A DNA stretch of 61,537 nt, counting the filler, from Pirum gemmata (taxonomy: Eukaryota): NCBI GenBank assembly GCA_002812295.1. It is 16 parts of 16 records of this genome, joined end to end, with 100 filler letters (N's around TTAATTAATTAA, not from the genome) between each part and the next. Parts side by side here need not be neighbours in the genome. Positions count along the whole stretch, not along the records: positions 1 to 3,401 come from PDIN01002533.1; positions 3,502 to 6,980 come from PDIN01002534.1; positions 7,081 to 10,521 come from PDIN01002535.1; positions 10,622 to 14,064 come from PDIN01002536.1; 12 more parts are not named here. One strand, given 5' to 3'. The position numbers were made by a program, and so were the translations under genes. Each line of letters starts with the position of its first letter. The first letter of the stretch is position 1. Below, piece after piece: positions 1-11,016 of the stretch. The notes beneath the pieces are model-generated. The model was not told the DNA's origin. It was given only the letters and a program-made list of their open reading frames with translations, and made no database searches.

Positions 1-177
1 GTTAGTAAAAAAAATCGTTAACTAACGTTAAATTAGTGGTCTTCTATTGGTCTTATGTGTCCAAAATAGCATAAAACCAAATAATTCGAATAATTCAAAT
101 AGTAATTATTATAGTATAATATAATAATAATTTATAGTATAATAATAATTATAATAATCAAAATTTAATAATAATAT

Positions 178-366
178 TATAGTGCTTTTCAGTTATTTTG
201 TCGTCATAAAATATACAATAAATAGCGCCAAATTAATACAATATAAATCTATCTAATTTAATTAGGTATATTTTATTATTTATTTATTGATTTAAAAATG
301 TCAATTTAAATATTATAACCCTCCAAATAAATATTCCGAGTGATAAAATGAATGAAAAGCACGATA
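178..366 (+). mobile_element. MITE family A (~190 bp, TIR TCGTGCTTTTCA, TA flanks; Tc1/mariner-like)
   Basis: TATAGTGCTTTTCA...TGAAAAGCACGATA. About 13 full or partial copies: 831-1006(-), 1505-1679, 1763-1947, 13229-13527, 13698-13862, 18846-19008, 39610-39721, 47522-47589, 48213-48386, 53207-53375, 59698-59887, 60651-60780(-). Confidence 0.85.
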
Positions 367-830
367 ATTATAATAATAATAATAGATAATAATTATAATA
401 ATTATAATAATTACAATATGATAAAAACAATAATAATAATAATAAAAGCAATTAAAATATATATAACAATCTATAATATATAATGAATGAGAAGAAGAAA
501 CTCGTTTAGCTAGAGCTATCGTTATCTGTTCTATATATTAATATAATATTTTCCACAATAACAATATTGGAATGGAAAGTTTATTAATAATGGTGTAGTA
601 TCACTTAATTAATTAAACTGTGTATGTAAGCTGTATGACATTGTATTGAATATTATAGTACTATGCGTCATGACCGCGTCATATATATTTATTAATATTA
701 TTATACATTAACGATATGTACATATATCAATATTTATATGGTATATTATTATGTAAAACGATTTGGCTGGACTTTCTAGCCAGAGTCTTTGTATTTTGAG
801 CCCCTTTATAATATTATCATATAATTAAAT

Positions 831-1006
831 TATCGTGCATTTCATTTATTTTGTCACTCCGAATATTTATTTGGAGGGTTATAATCTTTAAATTGACAAT
901 TTTAAATCAATATACAGATAATAAAATATACCAAATTAGTTTAAATGAATTTAAATTATATTAATTTGGTACTATTTATTGTATACTTTATAATGATAAA
1001 ACAACT
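831..1006 (-). mobile_element. MITE family A copy, inverted and truncated
   Basis: Reverse complement of 178-366, starting TATCGTGCATTTCATTTATTTTGTCACTCCG. Confidence 0.8.
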
Positions 1007-1762
1007 CCCAGGAGCCCCAGGTCTAGCTAGCAGACCCTACTTAGACTAGCTAACAATGTCACGTGGTTGGTTCTCTTTTACTTTTTTTCTTGTTGTTGCA
1101 AAAAAAAAAATAAAAAAAAAATAAAATAGTCTAACTAATAAAAGAGACTTATGCTCTTCCACAAATTTTGTAGCTTTTTCGAAGAATATTTTTGCGCGTA
1201 ATTCTGCCCCCTCAAATAGACTATTTTTATATAAAAAATATGGTTTAGAGAGTGTTTAGAGTGGATTTTGGCAATATTTTGCAATATTTTGCGAATTATA
1301 TTTATGTGTTGGTATACTGTTGGTATCTGGATAAAAGGCTCTTTTTCCTGGGATTTTTCCAAACTGTGATTTTTCCGATTTTTCACGTAGATTTTTTTCT
1401 CTATGTCATATCATAGCTAGGACTAGTTATTTTAAACTACATATTATTATTATCTGATATTTATCATATCAGATATATCATATCGATAAACAGTATTGAT
1501 ATTATTTGTTTTGTCATCATTAAATAAACAATAAATAGTACCAAATAAATACAATATAAATCCATTTGATATATTTTGGTATATTTTACTTTCTATGTCT
1601 TGATTTAAAAATGTCAATTTAAATATTATAACCATCCAAATAAATATTTAGAGTGATGAAATAAATGAAAAGCACGATATTTATATAGCTACCTACTAGA
1701 GTAGCTATAATACTACTGTGATACTAGCTAGTAGCTAGCTAGCTATGATCATCATAGTATGA

Positions 1763-1947
1763 TATCGTGCTTTTCAGTTGTTATAAAAAATATACAATAA
1801 AGGGTACCAAATTAATACCATATAAATCCATTTTGTTTAATTTGGTATATTATATTATCTATTTATTCATTTAAAAATGTTAACTTTTAAATATTATAAC
1901 CAACCAAATAAATATTCAGAGTGACAAAATAAATGAAAAGCACAATA
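1763..1947 (+). mobile_element. MITE family A copy with both TIRs
   Basis: TATCGTGCTTTTCA...TGAAAAGCACAATA. Confidence 0.85.
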
Positions 1948-2462
1948 TCATAGTATCGATAGTAGAGGTTGGGGTTGTATCTCTAGTAGCTATGATATCA
2001 TAGTATGATAGTATGATAGTAGCTTTTTTTTGGGGGGGGGGGGGGTGNNNNNNNNNNNNNNNNNNNNNNNNNNNNNNNNNNNNNNNNNNNNNNNNNNNNN
2101 NNNNNNNNNNNNNNNNNNNNNNNGTTTTACTTTGACAAACTTTTCGGGAAATGAGAATGAATGACACGATACTTTCACCACTTAATTAATATTGACGTAA
2201 TTTCCTTTCATTTGATATACTTTTCGTCTCAATTGCGTAATTAAAAGTGTTAATACGACCGCGTTGATTTGAGATAAAAAGGTCATCAATTGATGACCCT
2301 CTGACGAATAGACAAGTCTAGCTAGACCCCCTTACTTATTTTTTTTATTCTTTAGAAAGACTATTGTGGTTTTTATCATGGTTGTACGGGCTTGTAGACC
2401 AGACCCGTCTATTATTTATCGATAGTCTGAGACTCTGAATAGACAAAAGGGGGGTCTTGTAA

Positions 2463-2598
2463 GGGAGCGTTCAAATACTACATAACGCCAATTTCCGGTC
2501 AAGTACAGCTTCAAATACCCTTACCTACCTACCCCTTGACGTTAAAATTTCTGCCTACCTACCTACCCCTTGACGTGACGTATTATTTGAACACTCCC
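2463..2598. mobile_element. PIF/Harbinger (Tourist-like) MITE
   Basis: TIR GGGAGCGTTCAAATA...TATTTGAACACTCCC with TAA on both sides (3-bp TSD). Second copy at 50618-50764; a related end at about 42080-42166. Confidence 0.85.
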
Positions 2599-2767
2599 TA
2601 AATATACTGCCTATATGATATATATTATAATACATAATATAATAATATTATATTATAATATATAAACACTTTTTGCGACAAAAGTGAATAAAAGTGCGAA
2701 TACTGGCACTTTTGTTATCGGGTGGGGGTGATATAATTATGTGATAGCACAAGGAAAGTGTAGTACA

Positions 2768-3255
2768 AGGGTTAAGGTTAGGGTTAGAGGGTTAGGGCCC
2801 TTGGGAGTTAGGGTTAGGGTTGGGTTTGCAAATTGGGGTTGGGATTAGCAGGTAGGGTTAGAGGTTAGGGTTAGGGTTTTAAGGTTAGGGTTTTAAGGTT
2901 AGTCTAGGGTTAAAGTTAGGGTTAGGTTAAAACCTAATTTTATAAGGTTAGAGTTAGAGTTAGAGTTAGAAGAGTTAGAGGTAGGGTAAGAGTTAGGATG
3001 AGGGTGTAGCCTAGGGTGAGGGTAAAGATGAAAGTGAAGGCAAGGATGCGGGTGAAGAGTGAAGGTGAAGGTGGTCATGAGGATTAAGTAGGGTTTTAAT
3101 TAAGATAAGGTTAGAGTTAGAGCTACAGCTAGAGTTAGAGTTGGAATTAGGCCTAGAGTTGGGATTAGCATTAGCATTAGGCCCAAGGTTAGTGTTAGTA
3201 CTAGTGTTAGTGTTAGAGTTAGGGTTAGAGTTAGGTAGAATAAGCTTAAGGGTTT
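2768..3255 (+). repeat. Degenerate interstitial TTAGGG-like tract
   Basis: TTAGGG, TTAGAG, TTAGTG and TGAAGG hexamer variants. Confidence 0.85.
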
Positions 3256-3401
3256 AGTGTATTTATAATATTTTAAAAAATTAATTTATAAAATTGTACA
3301 CGTAGAACCTTTTAGTATAATATATAATTATTATTTTCAATAAAATTATTATTATTATTATTATTATTGTATTTTCAATAAAATTATTATTATTATTATT
3401 A

Positions 3402-3501
3402 NNNNNNNNNNNNNNNNNNNNNNNNNNNNNNNNNNNNNNNNNNNNTTAATTAATTAANNNNNNNNNNNNNNNNNNNNNNNNNNNNNNNNNNNNNNNNNNN
3501 N
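3402..3501. other. Artificial scaffold linker N44-TTAATTAATTAA-N44 (first of 15)
   Basis: The same 100-nt spacer, with stops in all six frames, starts at 3402, 6981, 10522, 14065, 17608, 22220, 25816, 29303, 36178, 39722, 43265, 47422, 50957, 54486 and 58025. Confidence 0.98.
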
Positions 3502-3537
3502 CTCGTCGTTGTGCAAGTCGGTGTGGGTGGGACCAGC

Positions 3538-3789
3538 CAGCCAACCAACCCAGATAAAAATGGCGGCACCCCCCATTATGAGCCCAAAACAAAAATCTCA
3601 AAATAATCCAATTTTAATGAAAGTACTACCAAATTTTGAGAAATATTATAATTAAGAAAACTCTATTTTTAAAATATGAACCATTTTCTACTAGCCATTT
3701 TCTAGAGTTTTAAAAATAATTTGGCTAGTTTAACATTTTTAGTAAAGAAGTCTAAAAAAAATGATTTCTCAGTTTTATCCGGCTTGGCT
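3538..3789 (+). mobile_element. MITE family C (~250 bp, TIR about CAGCCAAGCCGGATAAAA)
   Basis: Right end TTTTATCCGGCTTGGCT; left end degenerate. The internal GAAAGTACTACCAAATTTTGAGA is shared with copies at about 38259-38460, 48495-48670 and 49329-49432, and inverted pieces at 22560-22640 and 25049-25235. Confidence 0.7.
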
Positions 3790-4017
3790 CAGTCGACTGG
3801 TAAAAAATATATATATATATTATGATAGAGAAAAATAGCCAAAAACATATATTCCTATTAAAGGTGTTTTATATACTAAATTTAGGTGAGAAACGTAAGG
3901 GCTGTTTAGGCGATAGCTATTGGCCGACGTTTAGTCATAACTCGACAAATGGGCGAACAGTAAAGTTCGACTTCAGGAACAATTCGAGCTCGTTCTGACT
4001 TTGCTCGTTTTGGTCAT

Positions 4018-4142
4018 TTAGGGTTAGGGGTTAGGGTTAGGGTTAGGGTAAGGGTTTTTAGGGTTAGGGTTAGGGTTAGGGTTTTAGGGTTAGGGTTAGG
4101 GTTAGGGTTAGGGTTAGGGTTAGGGTTAGGGTTAGGGTTAGG
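4018..4142 (+). repeat. Interstitial (TTAGGG)n tract
   Basis: Near-perfect repeats inside the scaffold. Similar tracts occur at 6256, 14012, 18738, 19666, 21944, 25916, 29960, 43606, 46580, 57053 and 60296. Confidence 0.95.
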
Positions 4143-5030
4143 TCATCAGGTGAGTCAAATTTTGAAAAAAAAAATCGCCGACCGAACTGCATAAATAATT
4201 GCTATAAATTGGCAGAAATCGGTGAGAATTTTAACCTTATTGGGAAATCTCTCTACTAATGAATGGCAGGGAAATCCTTGGCTCTAACTAGAAATCTTTG
4301 TTGGAAATCTTTGGGGCTTGCTTGTTGTTAGCAGAGTTGTCCAAATTCTCTCTCTGGCCCGAGCCCACCCGCCCATAGCCCACCTACATCGCCAATATTT
4401 TAGACCATGATCGTCTTCATTTACACTAACGCTGACAATGCAATACGCACGCGGTAAAGAAGATAATAATTTAATAACATCCTTTCTTTTCCTTTTTTAA
4501 AAACTGTTGTTGGTGTTCGTCAGTTAAGAATGTTTTCATGGACAAAAGGCCATTTTCATCAACCCTCAAAAGGAATATGTCTGAGGAATATGTGGAGGCC
4601 AATCTTGCAAAGGATAGACAAATAGGTATATTTTTGAATTCTTGTGGTATTTTTTTTTTTTATTCGAATTTTCTTAAAATTTTGAAGGTTTGGAGCGTAT
4701 TACAGGCTTGTCGTTCTTTATATCCCACTTTCAACAATTTTAGTAAGTTTAGGGTTTGGAGCGTAAGGCTTGTCGTTCTTTATATCCCACTTTCAACAAT
4801 TTTAGTAAGTTTAGTATCCGATATAGGCTGCCGACCGTTTCATTAACCAGAAAGTCGTAATCAGTACCATCACTTTCATCAATATAAAAGTTCAGTGTAC
4901 TTTTATTAGTGTACAAACTTGCTCTCTCATTTTTTAAGGCTTGCTTTAGAGTTAGACATATCTTAGGCTAGGTCTGTCGGAACACTAAACCATATTCGAC
5001 TGCTACTATTCCTTTTTTGAAGGTCAATAG

Positions 5031-5244
5031 TATTGTTGAGAAAAACCAAACACACAAACCAACACGCGAATGCATGGGTTAAATACACTTTTTGTGTTTG
5101 TGTTTTTCCGGGGTTTCGGGTAGTTTTTCGCCTTGCGGGTTTCGCTGAGTTTTTGCGATCTTTTTTTGTTCGCGTGTTTGTTCGCGTGTTTGTTCGCGTG
5201 TTTGTTCGCGTGTTGGTTTGTGTGTTTGGTTTTACTCAACAGTA
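5031..5244. mobile_element. MITE with 38-bp TIRs and TA TSD
   Basis: 5031-5070 is the reverse complement of 5205-5244 with 2 mismatches in 40 nt, including the terminal TA. Internal tandem (TTTGTTCGCGTG)x4. Confidence 0.85.
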
Positions 5245-6095
5245 CATTATCCATACCATCAGATTGAATCGGAAGAACTAAAACAACTAAAACAGAAAGT
5301 GATTGATTTAGAATGTAAAACACAAGAACTAACATAACGTCAATGGTATATTATCCATATCATCAGATTGAATCAGAAGAACTAAAACAACTAACACAGA
5401 AAGTGATTGATTTAGAATGTAAAACACAAGAACTAACATCATAATTGAAAGAAATGTCGGATGAAAGAAATACGTTTTGAAAGACAAGGAAAAATTGTTA
5501 TCACGGGCCTAGGATAAGGCTCTTAAAATTAATTTTGAAAAAATAAACAACCTGGAGCAAGAAATAGTACGTTTATCTAAAATACATGATGACTTGAGGA
5601 AACAGCGGAAAACAATAACTTAATTAAAAACAGAAAATATTATTAATATTTTAATATAAAAAACTGAACGAAAAAAATGAAAAGCTGAAAAATGAAAATG
5701 AAAATCTGAAAAAAGAAAACAATGGGTTAACGTTGGTAGGACGAATAAAAAACATACTACGTCAATTAAAGACCTCTACAACGGATTCAAAAAATATCGC
5801 AAAACAGCTTGAGGGTATTAAATACCAATAAAAAGTTATAATACAACAACGGCTGGTGGAAAATATAAACTATAAAAATGCTCTGGAAAAGCAAAAATCA
5901 AGTGAGCTGCTGAAAATTAACAAACTAACATGCACATGAGTTAGAGTAATGCGTTAACCAATATATATGCTGAATTTTCGGAAAAAGAAAATTTTGTAGC
6001 ATTTGTTGATAGATTGAAAAAAGCATGTCTAGATAAACAATGGCATAAAAAGGGAAAGCAAAGAAAAAAACTAGGCTTTTTGGAATATTGTTAAC
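5245..6095 (+). pseudogene. Decayed coiled-coil protein coding sequence (possibly extending up to 4538)
   Basis: Frameshifted heptad-like peptides (YPYHQIESEELKQLTQKVIDLECKTQELT; LEQEIVRLSKIHDDLRKQ; KLNEKNEKLKNENENLKKENN). The start is tandemly duplicated (~105 bp) and there are many stops. Confidence 0.45.
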
Positions 6096-6678
6096 TTTTG
6101 TTAATTAAAATAAGGCGAAATTTCTATTTCTATACTCTCGGTTATCTTTTTTGCGTGTCAGATAGCCTAGAACAGCATCGAAATATTTTTTCACTGGGTT
6201 ACAAAATTTAATGGTGTATATAATATTTAAAATACTTGATGTGCGATGACATCATAGGGTTAGGGTTAGGGTTAGGGTTAGGGTCCACCTACTGGACTAG
6301 TCTACAAGAAAATAAATTGGTTAAGTTTAGTTAAATGGGCTGTTTTTAATATTTAGAATATTGATAATATTATTATATTATTATGTACTACCAATAATAA
6401 TAATAAATGAAGGGGTAAAATAACTATAAGTATCATGGTCCCATGATTGTTCTTTATAATAATTTTGTCCTGAAAAATAAAAATAAATACTACCAAAAAA
6501 ACTTTATTTGTATCATTTTCTCTAATTGGGCTACTTGTTATTATAATTCTTGCTTATAATTGGATTCAATTATATTTTTAAAGATACCAAGTAATAACGA
6601 AGGGCAATATTTTTTATAACATGGCAACAACAACAACTACTAGTCTCTAGCTACTAGTCTAGCTAGTAGTAGACTATC

Positions 6679-6839
6679 TTATCCTCTCAATCTTTAATTT
6701 GGTACTGTTTAAGTATATAATTGAACTTGTTTATAAAATATAATATTAATTATAAAATACCAAATTAATTAAAAAGTGTCTGATAGTTAAGAAATAATAA
6801 TAATTTGGTATGTTTATTTCAGTTTTTGAACTGGACAAC
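6679..6839. mobile_element. Dispersed ~160-bp repeat, probable MITE (ends ...GGACAAC)
   Basis: An inverted copy lies at 53041-53205. Both copies carry GGACAAC at opposite ends, implying a short GTTGTCC TIR. Confidence 0.6.
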
Positions 6840-6857
6840 ACGATACAACGACTAGCT

Positions 6858-6917
<60 letters not shown>

Positions 6918-7506
6918 GCAACCAACAACAGCAGCAAGCAACAACCAACAACAACAAGCAACAACCAAAAACAACAGCGANNNNNNNNNNNNNNNNNNNN
7001 NNNNNNNNNNNNNNNNNNNNNNNNTTAATTAATTAANNNNNNNNNNNNNNNNNNNNNNNNNNNNNNNNNNNNNNNNNNNNCTACTACTACTACTACTATT
7101 ATTACTACTACTACTACGGTTACTACTACTACTATTACTACTACTACTACTAGTACTACTACTGCTATTACTACTACTACTACTACAATTACAAGTACAA
7201 GTACAAGTACAACTGCGACAACAACAACACCACCACCAACAACAATCAATCAATTACGACTATTATTATAATTATAATCATAATAATAATTGTTATTATT
7301 ATCGTTATTATTTACATTGCTACTGCTACTATTACTATACTATTAATATGACCATCCTACTTCTTCGCTACTACTAAGCTTACTACTACTGCAAATTTTA
7401 CGGTTTGTAGCTAACAACCACTACTATTATTTCTACTACTACCAATACTTCTAACAATTACTACTACTACTACTTCAATACCAATATTACTGCTACAACT
7501 ATGTAC

Positions 7507-7692
7507 CTTTGCAAATATGACAAACCTTCCAGAAAGATCAACACACATACGCACATTTTCTTCGTGGTCGAGGAAAATTTCAGGTTGTAACATATCATTT
7601 TCAATAATTTTACAAACCCATTCACAGTACAAAATATAAAACGTATGGTTTTCGGCCTTTTCTTCACAATCCAGTACCATGACTATGGTTAC
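7507..7692 (-). CDS. Probable isolated internal exon of an unidentified gene
   Basis: TTGCAG|...|GTACAT boundaries, 186 nt, phase 0-0, open frame (VTIVMVLDCEEK...GRFVIFAK), more GC-rich than the flanking microsatellites. Confidence 0.4.
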
Positions 7693-7779
7693 CTGCAAGG
7701 TAGCCGGTAATGATTTATCAACATAAAAATCGCGAACCAGAAAAGTAGAAAGATAAGATATCAGCAATAAAAAGATAAC

Positions 7780-7838
<59 letters not shown>

Positions 7839-9140
7839 GCTAGCCCCACCTTTCCTTTTTTTTATCAAGTGGTCTAGTCTACTTTAAAAAGAGCCAAATA
7901 GAAAGCTTAATGGATCTAATAATTATAATTTAAGTAATTTACTATTTTTAGTTTTTTTTTGTATATATTAAAAAAGCCCAGTTTCAAATTACAAACTACC
8001 AAATAAAAATCGAAGGGACGGGCTCAAGTTTTGGCTCGATTTTCCAGCTCGATTTTCTGTGTAGTACGCCACTAGCTAGCTAGCTAGATCGGTCTCTGAG
8101 CTCATATCATAGCTAGCTAGAAGTAGACCTGTCTATGTAACCTGTCTATCTGTCCTAGCTAGGCCTGTCTATGGGTACTCTATGGGTTCTAGCTAGACTG
8201 GGTCTAGCTAGCTAGCTAGTCGTCTTCCAGTTAGCTAGCGAAGTCAACCAGCTTGGGGACTTCTACTGAATCTAGCTAGAGAGCTACTAGACTAGTAGCT
8301 GAATGTACAGGGCGGGAACACACTCTGGAACACACTGTGGCTGTGGGAACCAAAAAGTGTCGAAAAAGAGCTCGAAAAAGACTGGAAAAAGGTTCGAATA
8401 AAATTCCTCTTTAATTAAAAAACCCCATATTAGGATTATTTCTTACAGTAATTTCTTAAATTGGTATTTTTTTAAAATTTTGTTCATCAATAAAGTAAAC
8501 AGTAGAGCCCAGGGCCCCCACCTTTTTAGCCTTTTTTCTGCATGAACTTTCAGTGTCTACCGTTACATGTGCCTGGTCCTACCTACCGTAGACCAGCAGC
8601 AGCATAATTTTGATAGTGTAATTTTTTGAAATGATTCATTTAAATATGGTATCAAACTCTCTAAACTTAGACGCAAAAAAAAATTATTTCCAAATAATTG
8701 TATCATAAATAATTATGATATCACCTAGGTGATATCATAATATTAGTCTATCATAATATTATCAGATAATAATATCATATAAAAAAAAATCCAAAGTTCC
8801 CAAACACCAATCGATCTACCAATCGATTTCAATAGGATTTCAATAGTATTTCAATCTAAATACTGGTCGCTACTGGTAGGCAGTGGTAGAATAGTAGAAT
8901 GTGGGTAGACTAGAGTTAGACTAGGTGGTAGCAGTGTGGACCTGTGTGGTAGACTACAGACAAAGCTAACTAGGCTAGTCTACTGCAGTGGCTAGCTAGC
9001 TAGCCAGACTGCAGTGGTCTACTGAGTGAGTAGCTAGTCTAGCGTAGTCTAGCTAGCTATGATAGCTATGAGTTGTGAATTAGTACACTCGCCTTTAGAC
9101 AAGTTTATTTTTAATTAAAGAAACAAACTACCCAATTTTA

Positions 9141-9990
9141 GCCATTAACGAAAGAGGTGTGCTTAATGAAGCTTTTATTTATAAATACGTCATGCCTTTC
9201 ATAGCATATTATTACTCTCCCCATATACAGCTAGCATCGGTTATGAAAGACGCCATGCCGTACAAAGCTGTTTTCAATGGTTTCCCGGCAACGTCTTCAA
9301 GCTACGCCTAGTTTGCCTGGAGTCCTGCTACGCCCAAGAAGAATTTAGAGCTTGTAGTCTACCAGATAATATGGACAAGAACACTATTGAACAGTTAGAA
9401 CTGGCAGTCAACGACATGCATAGTGATATTATTTACGTGGATAAATTTTCATCAGCCACCTGCTACTACAACATCCAAAATAAAACAATTGAAGCTAATT
9501 ATAAAGGACTAGTGTACGTATTTGATTTCGACCGACTTGCATTTCGGTCGGAAGATAAAAACACGTTTTCAGGAAGGGCACAGCAAGAAATACAGCTTGT
9601 CCAAGAGCAAATATACGGGCTTTCGCCTGAAAAGGACCAATGTAAATTTATTAATCGGAAGAGTAAAAATGACTTAGATGAGGATTTGTTACGGAGAGAT
9701 ATTATAGGAACGGCACAGATAACAGGCAAGAGGCAGAACTCGGTGGTTTGTACAAAGCTATTTTTCCTGGCGTGAACAGAAAATATAGAATGTATTCAGG
9801 ACCGTTACCCACGTGGGATGAAATCCTCGAACGCGCAGCTGATTACATGATCAACAACCACCCGTCAGATTTTAAATTTGTTAAACAAAACTTAAACAAG
9901 GCACAACGACCAAACCAGTTTAGCTTACCCTCGAAAACTGGTAGTGATGCAAGTAAAATAACAAAGTACGAAAATTATTTAATTTATTAA
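9141..9990 (+). pseudogene. Disrupted ORF of unknown family (~280 codons)
   Basis: Coding-like sequence with a TAG at 9309 and a 5-nt insertion at TAGTCTA 9355-9361 whose removal joins ...NLELV to PDNMDKNTIEQ. A further frameshift lies near 9740. Confidence 0.55.
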
Positions 9991-11016
9991 TGCCACTTCT
10001 ACTTCTAAGCGATATAGTTCGTCTAGATCTTTTATCAATATTATATCATAATCATAATGGTAGACTATGGTAGTACAAGTCAGGTACTGTAAACCCGTGA
10101 TCAATAAAAATCTCAATGACCTTATTAATTTTGTTAGGCGACCATTCGTCACCAGGACTACGAGCTTTGAAGGTAGTGTAGCAATGATCGCCTTGCATAA
10201 GCAAAACTGCAGAATTGTTTTTCCAGTACTAGTGATTCAAAGAGTACACGTACGGCCAAGGCACACCATACTTATTACTTTTTCTATCTTCCGAATTATA
10301 TAATGGTAATGTTATTGATATTGGTTATATTATAGAATAAAGGTTCATAAGAATATTTATATAGTTGCCGATTATGTACTTTTTGTTTTTAAAGTTGACG
10401 TGCCATGCATGTTATTGCAAGAACGTATTGTTTTGTGCAATTTTATTGCTGCAGATGTTACTGATCATTAAATAAATGATAAAAAAAAAAAATAAAAAAA
10501 AAAATATAATAAAAAAATAAANNNNNNNNNNNNNNNNNNNNNNNNNNNNNNNNNNNNNNNNNNNNTTAATTAATTAANNNNNNNNNNNNNNNNNNNNNNN
10601 NNNNNNNNNNNNNNNNNNNNNAAAAAAAAAAAAAAAAAAAAAAAAAAGTGATAATCTTTTATAAATATTTTTATACAGTGGGATTAGCAAAAAAAAGTAG
10701 GACGTTTTTAGATTATTTGCACCATAGGGCATTTCTGCAAAGAGATATTTCGCATTACCAGAAAAAGTTTTGCAGCTGTTTTGCAGTCTCTAGATGCCCA
10801 CCCTAGGATGCCCACCATATTATATCATTTTATTGAAATGAAATAAATGAAAAAAAAAAAAAAAAAACAAGTATTTATGTCACTGATTTATGTCAATTAA
10901 ACAGAAAAAAACAAAACAAAACAAAACAAAACTGAACAAAACGAACATAAAAATTTATTATTTTTTTTACTTATTTTGTGAAATAATATTTTTGACCTTT
11001 TTTATATTTTGTAGAA

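Noticed and set aside
3446..3457. Regularly spaced TTAATTAATTAA as a biological motif
   Set aside because: It is always centred in exactly 44+44 Ns, so it is an assembly concatenation linker.
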